From: Mobula hypostoma
Lineage: Eukaryota
Reading direction: 5' to 3'
NCBI RefSeq assembly: GCF_963921235.1
Contig: NC_086097.1
Location: 156,180,001-156,244,000, forward strand
DNA: 64,000 nucleotides
Shown piece after piece: positions 35,832 to 48,924 of the stretch. Made by a program: the position numbers and the translations under genes. Position 1 is the stretch's first letter, and every line of letters starts with the position of its first letter. The notes beneath the pieces were generated by a model. It had not been told where the DNA came from, did not search any database, and saw only the letters and a list, made by a program, of their open reading frames with translations.

Positions 35832-38514
35832 ATAGAAACATAGAAACATAGAAAATAGGTGCAGGAGTAGGCCATTCGGCCCTTCGAGCCTGCACCGCCA
35901 TTTATTATGATCATGGCTGATCATCCAACTCAGAACCCCGCCCCAGCCTTCCCTCCATACCCCCTGACCCCCGTAGCCACAAGGGCCATATCTAACTCCC
36001 TCTTAAATATAGCTAATGAACTGGCCTCAACTGTTTCCTGTGGCAGAGAATTCCACAGATTCACCACTCTCTGTGTGAAGAAGTTTTTCCTAATCTCGGT
36101 CCTAAAAGGCTTCCCCTCTATCCTCAAACTGTGGCCCCTCATTCTGGACTTCCCCAACATCGGGAACAACCTTCCTGCATCTAGCCTGTCCAATCCCTTT
36201 CGGATCTTATACGTTTCAATCAGATCCCCCCTCAATCTTCTAAATTCCAACGAGTACAAGTCCAGTTCATCTAGTCTTTCTTCATATGAAAGTCCTGCCA
36301 TCCCAGTAATCAATCTGGTGAACCTTCTTTGTACTCCCTCTATGGCAAGGATGTCTTTCCTCAGATTAGGGGACCAAAACTGCACACGATACTCCAGATG
36401 TGGTCTCACCAAGGCCTTGTACAACTGCAGTAGTACCTCCCTGCTCCTGTACTCGAATCCTCTCGCTATAAATGCCAGCATACCATTCGCCTTTTTCACC
36501 GCCTGCTGTACCTGCATGCCCACTTTCAATGACTGGTGTATAATGACACCCAGGTCTCGTTGCACCTCCCCTTTTCCTAATCGGCCACCATTCAGATAAT
36601 AATCTGTTTTCCTATTTTTGCCACCAAAGTGGATAACTTCACATTTATCCACATTAAATTGCATCTGCCATGAATTTGCCCACTCACCCAACCTATCCAA
36701 GTCACTCTGCATCCTCTTAGCATCCTCCTCACAGCTAACACTGCCACCCAGCTTCGTGTCATCCGCAAACTTGGAGATGCTGCATTTAATTCCCTCATCC
36801 AAGTCATTAATATATATTGTAAACAACTGGGGTCCCACCACTGAGCCTAGCGGTACCCCACTCGTCACCGCCTGCCATTCTGAAAAGGTCCCGTTTATTC
36901 CCACTCTTTGCTTTCTGTCTGCTAACCAATTCTCCACCCACACCAATACCTTACCCCCAATACCGTGTGCCTTAAGTTTGCACACTAATCTCCTGTGTGG
37001 AACCTTGTCAAAAGCCTTTTGAAAATCCAAATATACCACATCCACTGGTTCTCCCCTATCCACTCTACTAGTTACATCCTCAAAAAATTCTATGAGATTC
37101 GTCAGACATGATTTTCCTTTCACAAATCCATGCTGACTTTGTCCGATGATTTCACCGCTTTCCAAATGTGCTGTTATCACATCCTTGATAACTGACTCCA
37201 GCAGTTTCCCCACCACTGACGTTAGGCTAACTGGTCTATAATTCCCTGGTTTCTCTCTCCCTCCTTTTTTAAAAAGTGGAGTAACATTAGCCACCCTCCA
37301 ATCCTCAGGAACTAGTCCAGAATCTAACGAGTTTTGAAAAATTATCACTAATGCATCCACTATTTCTTGGGCTACTTCCTTAAGCACTCTAGGATGCAGA
37401 CCATCTGGCCCTGGGGATTTATCTGCCTTCAATCCCTTCAATTTACCTAACACCACTTCCCTACTAACATGTATTTCCCTCAGTTCCTCCATCTCACTGG
37501 ACCCTCTGTCCCCTACTATTTCTGGAAGATTATTTATGTCCTCCTTAGTGAAGATAGAACCAAAGTAATTATTCAATTGGTCTGTCATGTCCTTGCTCCC
37601 CATAATCAATTCACCTGTTTCTGTCTGCAGGGGACCTACATTTGTCTTTACCAGTCTTTTCCTTTTTACATATCTATAAAAGCTTTTACAGTCCAGTTTT
37701 ATGTTCCCTGCCAGTTTTCTCTCATAATCTTTTTTCCCCTTCCTAATTAAGCCCTTTGTCCTCCTCTGCTGAACTCTGAATTTCTCCCAGTCCTCAGGTG
37801 AGCCACTTTCTCTGGCTAATTTGTATGCTTCTTCTTTGGAATTGATACTATCCCTAATTTCTCTTGTCAGCCATGGGTGCACTACCTTCCTTGATTTATT
37901 CTTTTGCCAAACTGGGATGAACAATTGTTGTAGTTCATCCATGCAACCTTTAAATGCTTGCCATTGCATATCCACCGTCAATCCTTTAAGCGTCATTTGC
38001 CAGTCTATCTTAGCTAATTCACATCTCATACCTTCAAAGTTACCCCTCTTTAAGTTCAGAACCTTTGTTTCGGAATTAACTATGTCACTCTCCATATTAA
38101 TGAAGAATTCCACCATATTATGGTCACTCTTACCCAAGGGGCCTCTCACGACAAGATCGCTAATTAACCCTTCCTCATTGCTCAAAACCCAGTCCAGAAT
38201 AGCCTGCTCTCTAGTTGGTTCCTCGACATGTTGGTTCAAAAAACCATCCCGCATACATTCCAAGAAATCCTCTTCCTCAGCACCTTTACCAATTTGGTTC
38301 ACCCAATCTACATGTAGATTGAAGTCACCCATTATAACTGCTGTTCCTTTATTGCACACATTTCTAATGTCCTGTTTAATACCATCTCCGACCTCACTAC
38401 TACTGTTAGGTGGCCTGTACACAACACCCACCTGCGTCTTCTGCCCCATATCGATTCCACATCTTCCCGGCTTATGTCCTTCCTTTCTACTGCGTTAATC
38501 TCTCCTTTAACCAG
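35832..38514 (-). mobile_element. Young CR1 LINE, 5'-truncated within the endonuclease
   Basis: Tail (ATAGAAAC)n on the plus strand; long uninterrupted ORF2. Confidence 0.95.
35930..38449 (-). CDS. CR1 ORF2: partial APE endonuclease plus complete reverse transcriptase (839 aa)
   Basis: VYRPP, MGDFN, LGKSDH, KSPGPDG, YRPVSLTS, QHGF, DFQKAFD and SKFADDTK motifs with no stops. Confidence 0.93.
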   Translation of the reverse strand: MGQKTQVGVVYRPPNSSSEVGDGIKQDIRNVCNKGTAVIMGDFNLHVDWVNQIGKGAEEEDFLECMRDGFLNQHVEEPTREQAILDWVLSNEEGLISDLVVRGPLGKSDHNMVEFFINMESDIVNSETKVLNLKRGNFEGMRCELAKIDWQMTLKGLTVDMQWQAFKGCMDELQQLFIPVWQKNKSRKVVHPWLTREIRDSINSKEEAYKLARESGSPEDWEKFRVQQRRTKGLIRKGKKDYERKLAGNIKLDCKSFYRYVKRKRLVKTNVGPLQTETGELIMGSKDMTDQLNNYFGSIFTKEDINNLPEIVGDRGSSEMEELREIHVSREVVLGKLKGLKADKSPGPDGLHPRVLKEVAQEIVDALVIIFQNSLDSGLVPEDWRVANVTPLFKKGGREKPGNYRPVSLTSVVGKLLESVIKDVITAHLESGEIIGQSQHGFVKGKSCLTNLIEFFEDVTSRVDRGEPVDVVYLDFQKAFDKVPHRRLVCKLKAHGIGGKVLVWVENWLADRKQRVGINGTFSEWQAVTSGVPLGSVVGPQLFTIYINDLDEGIKCSISKFADDTKLGGSVSCEEDAKRMQSDLDRLGEWANSWQMQFNVDKCEVIHFGGKNRKTDYYLNGGRLGKGEVQRDLGVIIHQSLKVGMQVQQAVKKANGMLAFIARGFEYRSREVLLQLYKALVRPHLEYRVQFWSPNLRKDILAIEGVQRRFTRLITGMAGLSYEERLDELDLYSLEFRRLRGDLIETYKIRKGLDRLDAGRLFPMLGKSRMRGHSLRIEGKPFRTEIRKNFFTQRVVNLWNSLPQETVEASSLAIFKRELDMALVATGVRGYGGKAGAGF

Positions 38515-39454
38515 CTGAAAGAAGAGGCATATTCAAATAAAATGAAACCTGATAATAAAACAGTGGCACAGCTTTTCTTTTGATAATGTAAGGATAGTGT
38601 AATAGAAATAAAAAATAATCTGAGAAAACTGAAAAGGCTATCATATTTAAACCATTTTTTTATTAGTGTTGAAGCAATTGATCTTAAAAAAATTATGAAA
38701 TGTTTATGCAGTATCATCTACAATGTGCATTAAAATATAAAACTTTATATCCTTTTTCAAAATGAAGTGGTTAAATATCAGCTGTGTAAAGAAAATATAA
38801 AGATAAGGTGACTAGCTGGATTTAATATCAATAGATAAAAGTAATGGAGAGTAACAGTGGGTATTAAGATAAATCCCCAGGACCTGAATGTTTACACCAT
38901 CAAAGGTATCTTAAGCAGAAATCAAGCATGAACTTCAAAATAGATTGCAATAGTGAAAATCTGAATGAAATACAGGAAAATTTCATGATGCCAGACAAAA
39001 TGAATGAAAAGAGAAACAATTAACAGCTTGTATCTGTAATACTTTGTCAGAACTGCAGACCTTAACTGCTGATTGTTCATCTTTCCACAGATGCTACTTG
39101 ACATGTTGAGCTCCTCCAGCAGTTTGGCACACAGAAAATACTTCAGGAACTTAGCAGGTCAGACAGCATCTATGGAAATGAATAAAAAATTGATATTTCA
39201 GGCGGAAACCCTGCATCAGGACTGGAAAGGCGAGGAGAAGAAGCCAGAATAAGAAAGCGGGGGGAGGGCAAGGAGCACAAACTAAAAAGGTAATAGGCAA
39301 AAGCCAGGTCCAGATTCCATCAAATATAGTCACTTGGGTCTCCTAATTTAACCTTGTGTTTGTTAACACCAGTAAGAATGAAACAGTTCTGTTGGTAATT
39401 TACATAGACATGGATGAAATTTTGCAGCTTTTGTAACTTTGAGCAGTCATGTTT

Positions 39455-40352
39455 CAGAATCAGAATCAGAATCAGAATCAGAATCAAGTTTATTATCACC
39501 GGCATGTGACGTGAAATTTGTTAACTTAGCAGCAGCAGTTCAATGCAATACATAATCTAGCAGAGAGAGAGAAAAAAAACATAATCAATAAACAAGTAAA
39601 TGAATTACATATATTGAATAGATTATTAAAACTATGCAAAAACAGAAATACTGTACATTAAAAAAAAGTGAGGTAGTGTCCAAAGCTTCAAAGTCCATTT
39701 AGGAATCGAATGGCAGAGGGGAAGAAGCTATTCCTGAATCGCTGAATGTGTGCCTTCAGGCTTCTGTATCTCCCACCTGATGGTAACAGTGAGAAAAGGG
39801 CATGTCCTGGGTGCTGGAGGTACTTAATAATGGATGCTGCCTTTCTGAGACACCATTCCCTAAAGATGTCCTGGTCAGGCTAGTACCCAAGATGGAGCTG
39901 ACTAGATTTACAACTTTTGCAGCTTCTTTTGGTCCTGTGCAATAGCCCCTCCATACCAAACTGTGATGCAGCCTGTCAGAATGCTCTCCATGGTACAACT
40001 ATAGAAGTTTTTTGAGTGTATTTGTTGACATGCCAAATCACTTCAAACTCCTAATAAAGTATAGCCATCGTCTTGCCTTCTTTATGATTACATCAATATG
40101 TTGGGACCAAGTTAGATTCTCAGAGATCTTGACACCCAGGAACTTGAAGCTGCTCACTCTCTTCACTTCTGATCCCTCTATGAAGATTGGTTTGTGTTCC
40201 TTCATCTTACCCTTCTTGAAGTCCACAATCAGCTCTTTCATCTTACTGACGTTGAGTACCATGTTGTTGCTGTGGCACCATTCCACTAGTTGGCATATAT
40301 CACTCCTGTAAGCCCTCTCTACCAACAATAGTTACATCATCAGCAAATTTGT
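39455..40352 (-). mobile_element. Rex1/Babar LINE 3' part
   Basis: (ATCAGA)n tail at 39455-39486; RT C-terminal ORF 40038-40328; truncated at KFADD. Confidence 0.9.
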
Positions 40353-41960
40353 AGACTGATGGGACCGAAGGCTAACAAATCCCCAGGTCCAGATGGTCTG
40401 CATCCTAGGGTACTAAAGGAGGTGGCTCTGGAAATTGCGGATGCATTGGTGATCATTTTCCAATGTTCCTTAGATTCAGGATCAGTTCCTGAGGATTGGT
40501 GAACGGCTAATGTTATCCCACTTTTTAAGAAAGGAGGGAGGGAGAAAACAGAACTATCGCCCTGTTAGCCTAACATCAGTAGTGGGGAAGATGCTAGAGT
40601 CCATTATTAAAGATGAAATAGCGGCATATCTTGATAGCAGTGATAGGATTGGGCCGAGCCAGCATGGATTTACCAAGGACAAATCATTCTTGTCTAATCT
40701 ATTGGAGTTTTTCGAGGATGTAACCAGGAAGATAGACGCGGGAGATCCAGTGGATGTGGTGTACCTTGACTTTCAGAAGGCATTTGATAAGGTACCACAT
40801 AGGAGATTGGTGGGTAAAATCAGAGCTCATGGCATTGGGGGGAGGATATTGACATGGATAGAAAACTGGTTGGCAGATAGAAAGCAAAGGGTAGCAGTGA
40901 ATGGGTGTTTCTCGGAATGGCAGGTGGTGACTAGTGGGGTGCCACAGGGCTCGGTATTGGGACGACAGCTGTTTATGATTTACGTCAATGATTTAGAGGA
41001 AGGCATTGTGAATAACATCAGCAAGTTTGCTGATGATACTAAGCTGGGTGGCAGTGTGACATGTGATGAGGATGTTAGGAGAATTCAAGGTGACTTGGAT
41101 AGGCTGGGTGAGTGGGCAGAAACTTGGCAGATGGCGTTTAATGTGAATAAGTGTGAGATTATTCACTTTGGGAGCAAGAACAGGAAGGTAGATTATTATC
41201 TGAACGGTGTGGAGTTAGGTAAGGGAGAAATACAAAGAGATCTAGGAGTACTTGTTCATCAGTCTCTGAAGGTGAATGAGCAAGTGTAGCAGGCTGTGAA
41301 GAAGGCTAATGGAATATTGGCCTTTATTACAAAGGGAATTGAGTATAAGAGCAAGGAAATCCTTTTGCATTTGTACAGGGCCCTGGTGAGACCACACCTG
41401 GAGTATTGTGTGCAGTTTTGGTCTCCAGGTTTAAGGAAGGACATCCTGGCTGTGGAGGAGGTGCAGCGTAGGTTCACTAGGTTAATTCCTGGGATGTCCA
41501 GACTGTCTTACGCAGAAAAGTTAGAGAGACTGGGCTTGTACACGCTGGAATTAAGGAGATTGAGGGGAGATCTGATTGAGACATATAAGATTATTAAGGG
41601 ATTGGACAAGATAGAGGGAGGAAATATGTTCCAGATGCTGGGAGAGTCCAGTACCAGAGGGCATGGTTTAAGAATAAGGGGTAGGTCATTTAGGACAGAG
41701 TTGAGGAGGAACTTCTTCTCCCAGAGAGTTGTGGAGGTGTGGAACGCACTGCCTCAGAAGGCAGTGGAGGCCAATTCTCTGGATGCTTTCAAGAAGGAGC
41801 TAGATAGGTATCTTATGGATAGGGGAATCAAGGGTTATGGGGACAAAACAGGAACCAGGTATTGATAGTAGATGATCAGCCATGATCTCAGAATGGTGGT
41901 GCAGGCTCAAAGGGCCGAATGGTCTACTTCTGCACCTATTGTCTATTGTCTATTGTCTAT
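40353..41960 (+). mobile_element. CR1 LINE RT and 3' end with a few stops
   Basis: ORFs 40510-41289 and 41296-41865 in the same frame (SKFADDTKLGG); tail (CTATTGT)n. Confidence 0.93.
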
Positions 41961-42659
41961 AAAATGTGGACATGAGATATCCTTGGCAAATAAAATAAAG
42001 AAGAAGCTTAAGAAATTCAGTAAGTATATTAAGCACAAAAGGATTATGAGAAAGAGAAAAGGCTCTAATAAGGATTAGTGTGGTAATTTATTAGTGAAGC
42101 TGTGGGAGATGGGCAAGGTTTTAAATTAATCCTTCTCGTCAGTATCTTGTGTGGAGATGGTCATGGATGTTAAGACAATCAAGGAAGAGAACAGTGATGT
42201 GTTGAAATATATCAATCTTTCAAAAGAGGAAGTGTTGTTGGCCTTGTGGATAAATCCCCAGATCCAGGGCAAGTGTATTCTAAGTCATTGTGGGAAGCAA
42301 GGGGAAGAATTTGTTGGGGCACTAGCAGAGAGCTTTGTACCTTCCTTAGCTATGGGAGAGGAACCCAAGGACTGAAGGATGGCTAATATTGCACTTTTAT
42401 TTAAAAAAAGACTCCAAGGACAAGACATCGAACTAGAGAATGATGAGTACAATGTTATAGTGGGAAACTGATTATATGAGATTCTGAGAGATGGGATCTA
42501 CTGGATCTGGAAAGGCAAAGGCTGATTGGGGATAGTCTGGTTTTCATACAACAGGAAGGATGTGATTAAATTAGAGAGATTCATAAGGATGTTATCGGGA
42601 CTGGAGGACTTAGATTAAATGGAGATTTTGAAAAGGCTGGAAATGTTTTCCCTGGAGTT

Positions 42660-43307
42660 GGTTGCAGCCATAAAGAAGGCAAGGCATTGACTATACTTCA
42701 TTAGGACTTTGATGAGATTTGATATGTCAACAGAAACACACAAAAACTTCTATAGATGTACCGTGGGGACCATTCTGATAGGCTGCATCACTGTCTGATG
42801 TTGGGGGAGGGGCGTGGGGGCTACACAGGACCGAAAAAAGCTGCAGAGGGTGATAAATTTAGTCAGCTCCATCTTGGGCACTAGCCTACCAGGTACCCAG
42901 GACATCTTCAGGGAGCAGTGTCTCAGAAAGGTAGCATCCATTATTAAAGACACCAAGCACACAGAGTATGCCCTCTTTTCACTGTTACCATCAGGTAGAA
43001 GGTACAGAAGCCTGAAGGAACACACTCAGCAAATCAGGAACAGCTTCTTCCCCTCTCTTATCTGATTCCTAAATGGACATTGAACCCATGAACACGACCT
43101 CACTTTTTTTAATATACTGTATATTATTTCTGGGTTTTTTTGCATGATTTTTAATCTATTCAATATACATATACTGTGACTGATTTACTTATTTATTTTT
43201 ACTTTTATTCTTCTATATTATGTATTGCATTGAACAGCTGCTGCTAAGTTAACAAATTTTACGAAACATGCCGGTGATAATAAACCTGGTTCTGATTCTG
43301 ATTCTGA
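42660..43307 (+). mobile_element. Rex1/Babar 3' fragment
   Basis: QDRKKLQRVINLVSSILG...SGRRYRSLK; tail (TCTGAT)n. Confidence 0.88.
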
Positions 43308-43387
43308 AGGAGGCTGAAGGATGAACGTAAAGAAAGTTATAAAATCATAAGGTGCACAGATAATGTGTATAGTCACTGTGCTTTTCC

Positions 43388-43861
43388 TAGAATGAGAGGG
43401 TTAACATATGAGGAACGTTTATCCGCTCTTGGACTGTATTCCTTGGAGTTTAGAAGAATGAGGGGAGACCTCATAGAAACATTTCGAATGTTAAAAGGCA
43501 TGGACAGAGTGGATGTGGCAAAGTTGTTTCCCATGATGGGGGAGTCTAGTACGAGAGGGCATGACTTCCGGATTGAAGGGCGCCCTTTCAGAACATAAAT
43601 GCAAAAAAATTTTTTTAGTCAGAGGGTGGTGAATGTATGGAATTTGTTGCCACGGGCAGCAGTGGAGGCCGTGGAGGTCATTGGGTGTCTTTAAGGCAGA
43701 GATTGATAGGTATCTGAGTAGCCAGGGCATCAAAGGTTATGGTGAGAAGGCAGGGGAGTGGGACGAAATAGGATAAAATGGATCAGCTCATGATAAAATA
43801 GCGGAGCAGACTCGATGGGCCGAATGGCCTACTTCTGCTCCTTTGTCTTATGGTCTTATGG
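43388..43861 (+). mobile_element. Young CR1 3' fragment
   Basis: GLTYEERLSALGLYSLEFRRMRGDLIETF; tail tcttatggtcttatgg. Confidence 0.88.
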
Positions 43862-46450
43862 TAGGGGTGTCAAAAGCTAAAGGCATACATTTAAGATGAG
43901 GGAGTAAAGATTTAAAGGGGATCTGCTTGCCAGATTTTTTCACACAGAGGGGGTTAGAAATATTAAGTAAGCTGCCAGGTGCAGTAGTAAAAGCCGGTAT
44001 ACCTGTAACTGCAACATTTAAAGGTGATTTATATTTCATGGATAGGAAAGGTTTAAAGGAATATGTACCTATTGCACACTAAAATACGCTGTAGAGATAT
44101 TTTTCAAAATCACTTAGTATGCTAAATATTTGTTAATTATTAGTACAGATCAAATCAAATGGAAAACAAGAGAATGCACATTCACAGAATTAATATCAAT
44201 TGTGAATAGCTTGAAATTTAGATAGCAAGATTTTAGTCATAATACCAGTTTAAGTATTTCTTGCAGTATTGTAGCACTCCTTTATTACTGTCTGGGGTGT
44301 GATTGAATTAGTGTCTAAACTGTTACTTTTCCTGGTGTTTAACTTTCTTTGTGCTTGCATATACATTTGTATAATCATCTATTTGTCTGTAAATGTTCAG
44401 TGAATATTCAGTAATTTGTAGCATAGCTGGTTCCGTACTTCGTAGTTTTTTTGTCTGTCAGTCTGAGAAGTCATGGTAGTGTAAATCAAGATGGTCCTTG
44501 TTTCACAGGCTCCTCTTATCAGAGAAGGTTCCCTTAATTCTCCAGATTGAACCAGTTTTCAGTATAACAAAAGACCAGGAGATAGGTTCTTTGTTCGAGT
44601 GGTGTTGTGTTACTTGTTCAAGTGCTTTACTGTTATTTCTTTATTATGAACATCTAACAAAATATCTGAAACTACAAGATTTGTGCCTCATTTTTGACCT
44701 CTGAAGAACCTTCAGCACAATGTCCACAACCAGATCTGACAGAATACTCATCATCACTTCAGACAGGACGACCACCTTTTGGCAAAATAACAATACTGAG
44801 CTCCGTATCCCCCTGAGGCAGGAAAAATGTGCTACCTGCATGGAGTAAGTAAAACAAAAAAATTGTAATCTCTGAGTCATTTGGTTGGAAATCACAGACA
44901 AAGGCAAATAGTTTGCCCTAAAAGCAGATTAGAAATTATCCAAAATGCTCAACACACAGTGATTGCAGCGGCAAAAGAAGCAGGAAGAATTTATTAATTA
45001 TTGAAACAGTTGGTACAACATTCTGAGATATAAGATTAAGGAGAAAGGATTACTGCTTCACTAATCTGATTATAATGTGAGGCAAGTGTTTTGTGTTTTG
45101 ATTAATGGTGCTCCTGCATGCTTGAGTGTATCATGTTGTGATTTAAAATGTGCATATGCTTTTGAATTTAAATATAAAAACAGATTTTCTCAATTTGATA
45201 CTTGGCAGGGTTTTTTTTTGCTTTTTTATTGAATGCAATTGAATTTGTAGCGATGCTAGAGGTGACTCAGAAGTGGGGAACAAAATCAGTCAGGTTAAAA
45301 TACAAGTTGAGAGACTTGCGGGGTGCATTGCACAGACACTAGACACAATAAAATTGGCCATTTCAACCATTGGCCTGCTGTTTGGAATTTAATAGCACCC
45401 AAGGATGAATCATCCTTGGATACTAGGCCAGCTTTGCATAAAGGAAGTATTTCACAAATCCAGCATTACTAAGTAATGAACTAAATCCAGTTCTGTAGGT
45501 AGGTCAAGGTCTCCGCAGGTGGAAAGCCCAAGGTGTGACTGAGCATTGCAAATTGAAAGGAAAGGTTGAGGGTGAGGACTTTTGGTGGAAATCATGGCTG
45601 CTGGTGGAGAAGGGTATTTGGATATGGGGGTTGACAAGTCAGATAGCTGTGATAGCTTGTTGGGGTAGGGATTGGATAAGGAGAAAGCTGGTAGATTCAG
45701 AGGATTGTGATTGTAGCCTTGAGAAGTATTGGACATCCTGAATGAGTGTAGATGACAGGCTGGGATGGGTTGAGGGATGTTTGCATTCTACTTGGGAGAC
45801 ATTGATTTATGGAAATGTTGGAAGGGGGTGGTGAATGGGAGCCTGAAGGCAGTATGTAAACAATTTACGGGGAATCTGGGTGCCTGTTGCACATCAGGAT
45901 CTCCGATTTGATTTCCAGTCAACTTTTGAAAATAATATGCCAGCGGTGATTTTCAAATCATCCAAAGAGTTAAAAGGAGAGAGATATACTCCATGAATAG
46001 AATTTCTCTGTAAAATTCAGGCTGTGTCTTATTAATCAAGTTCCCTTTTATAACATTCTTATCATCTGCATCTCTTTAACCTTGATTGAAACTTCTTTTC
46101 TTATAGCTGAGATTAATTTAGGTCAGTTTTTGTAACATACTCTGTTTCCTACCTCTTTTGTATGCTATGTTTTTTGAGATAAAATGGTCCTTCAATAACG
46201 AGTCAGAAAGCTTTAGGTTCAAATCTTATTCCAGACCACAAATATCTTATCTGCCATGTTCTAGCAGTACTCTGGGATTGCTGCACTGTCAGAGGTGCCA
46301 ATCAAAATATTAAACCAAGGCACTGCCAACTCTGAAATTAAACAAAAACATTTTGGCATTATATCCATGGAGGGCTTTGGAGAGTGTCCTTATGTCCTGA
46401 TTGTTTTATCATTAATCAACTTCACTAAAACAGAAAATGGAAAGAACAAA

Positions 46451-46740
46451 GTTGAAGTTTCAGGCCAAGACCTTTCATCAGCCTCAGCCTGAAATGTCAA
46501 ATCTTTATTCCTTTCCATGGATGCTGTTTGACCTGCCAAGTTCCTCTAGCACTTTGCGTGCATGACTGGATTTTCAGCATCTAATCTGCAGAATCTCTTG
46601 TCTTTGTGAAATGAAAGGCAAAAATACTGCAGGTGCTGAAATAAACAGAGAAAAGGAGGCAAACACTCATCAGTGGAGGTAGCATCTGTGGAACGAAAGC
46701 AAAGTTAATCTCAATGCCACAGACCCTTCATCAGAACAAG
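46451..46740. mobile_element. Cluster of short Penelope pLTR fragments in alternating orientation
   Basis: Matches to the pLTR at 32702-32860, including gatgctgtttgacctgccaagttcctctagca and two cttcatcag-type motifs. Confidence 0.7.
46457..46481 (-). ncRNA. Minimal hammerhead ribozyme core (Penelope-type)
   Basis: Minus strand reads CTGATGA A AGGT CTTG GCCT GAAAC, giving the conserved CUGANGA and GAAA boxes around a 4-bp stem II. Activity unknown. Confidence 0.55.
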
Positions 46741-47134
46741 GAAAGAGAGAAAACAAATTAGCATTCAGTAATAGAGAAGGTACAGAGGAATAAGTAGAAC
46801 AAAAGGAACAGTGCGATAGAATGAGAACGAATGAGTTAATGCGGCATTTAGACATGCACCAAGCTTCTTTCTCTGTATTACAAGTTGATAATAGCAGGGC
46901 TGTGGGATTTGTCCATCATTCTAGGTTATGCTGATGCAGAGATGTGCACTAAGTCGTGAATGGATCTCAGACAGAAGTTAACAGTTCTGACACAGAAAAA
47001 AGGAGCGAGTCACTTAAAATCCAAGAATTTGGAAGACTGAAGTGTACCCAGACAGAAGTGGGGTTATTCCTTAAACCTGGACTGGGTCTTTTTGCAACAT
47101 CTCAGGAGACTACAGACCAAGAGGTCAAAATATG

Positions 47135-48676
47135 AGTGCAACCTGCACTTTGGTTAGCTCTGAGGCTGAAGTATGTAGGTGTTTCCAACAAGTGGACAGC
47201 CGCGAGGCTGCGGGACTGGGCGGGATCCCAGAGCGGGTACACAGAGAATGTGCGGCACAACTGCTGGTGTGTTTGCAGACATTTTTAATCTCTCCCTCTA
47301 CCAGTATAGAGTGCCCTCCTGTTTCAAAACATTCACCGTTGTCCCTGTACCAAAAAAGACCAAGATAACATGTCTGAACGACTGGTGTCCTGTCACATTC
47401 ATCTCAATAATAAGCAAATGATTTTAGAAGCTGGTCAAGGATTACATCTGCAACACGTTACCACCTACAATTTGCCTACTGACATAACTGATCGACAGAT
47501 GATGCAATAGCCACAGCTCTACACATGGAGAAGAACGAAGCTTATGTGAGAACGCTGTTCTTGGACTACAATTCAGCATTCAACAGAATAATTGCATCCA
47601 GGCTTGACAAGAAGCTCAGAGACCTCGGCCTTCACCCTGCCTTGTGTAGCTGGATCCTGGACTTCCTGTCAGATTGCCAGCAGGTGGTAAGAGTGGGCTC
47701 CCTCACCTCTGCCCCTCTGACTCTCAACACAGGAGCCCCCCCAGGGCTGTGTCCTAAGCCCCCTCCTGACTCTCCGTACACCAGTGAGTGTGCCTCCACC
47801 CACAGCTCCAATCTGCAAATTAAATTTGCAGATGATACTACATTAATTGGCCTTATCTTAAATAACAACGAGGCAGCCTACAGAGAAGAAGTCATCACCC
47901 TGACACAGTGGTATCAAGAAAACAACCTCTCCCTCAATGTCGCAAAAACAAAGAAGCTGGTTGTGGGCTACAGGAGGAACAGAGGCAGGCTCATCCTTAT
48001 TAACATCAATGGATGTGGGGTTGAGAAGGTGAACAACTTTAAGTTCCTCGGCATACACATCACCGAGAATATCAGGTGGTCTGTATATATCGGCTGTGTG
48101 GTGAAAAAAGCACAACAGCACCTCTTTCACTTCAGACGGTTGAGGAGGTTCAGCATGAATCTCCAAATCTGAAGAACTTCCTATAGGGGCACAATTGAGA
48201 GCATCCTGACTGGCTGTATCACTGCCTGGTATAGGAACTGTACTTCCCTCAATCACAGGACTTTGCAGAGAGTGGTGTGGACAGCCCAGCACATCTGTGG
48301 ATATGGACTTCCCACTATTCGGGACATATACAGCGACAGGTGCGTAAAAAGGGCCTGAAGGATCGTAGGGGATCAAACTTTTCCAGCTACTACCATCCGG
48401 GAAATGGTAGCACAACATTAAAGCCAGGACAAACAGGCTCCGGGACAGCTTCTTCCATCAAGCCATCAGACTGATTAATTCATGCTGACACAATTGTATT
48501 TCTAATCTATATTGACTGCTCTGTTGTATACCTTGCTGTACATACTATTTATTACAAATTACTATAATTTGCACATTGCACATTCAGATGGAGAGGTAAC
48601 ATAAAGATTTTTACTTCTCATGTATGTGAAGGATGTAAGAAATAAAGTCAATTCAATTCAATTCAGTTCAATTCAG
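47135..48676 (+). mobile_element. Rex1/Babar LINE RT and 3' end, frameshifted
   Basis: ORF 47525-48172 (LDYNSAFN, KFADDTT, FKFLG); (AATTC)n tail. Confidence 0.9.
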
Positions 48677-48924
48677 AGAATTAAAGCAGGGCACTTTGAT
48701 ACCATGGAAAGTACCATTGAAATGGAGATGGATATTTCTTTATTTACTTACCAGCTAATGCTAAACTTAAAAGCTATTAATTCACAGATTACTTTCAAAT
48801 GTGTTTGTGATGTGAAAGGATGTGTGTGAAAATAAAAAAAATTACTTGTTAACTCTCATCTCTCCCGATCAGTCCTAATTGAAGACGGAAAAATGTTCTC
48901 TTAGGAGGGAAATAAACACTCAAT

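Larger units (their letters stand above)
41961..44075 (+). mobile_element. Old degenerate CR1 host fragments carrying two younger inserts
   Basis: Decayed CR1 ORF2 at 41961-42660, 43308-43390 and 43862-44075. Confidence 0.6.

Noticed and set aside
35907..38498. Long plus-strand ORFs of 230, 134 and 225 aa
   Set aside because: Antisense shadows of CR1 ORF2 with no independent protein signal.
39455..41960. Head-to-head junction at 40352 as an inversion or chimeric element
   Set aside because: The two sides are different clades (Rex/Babar and CR1) and no shared TSD is visible.
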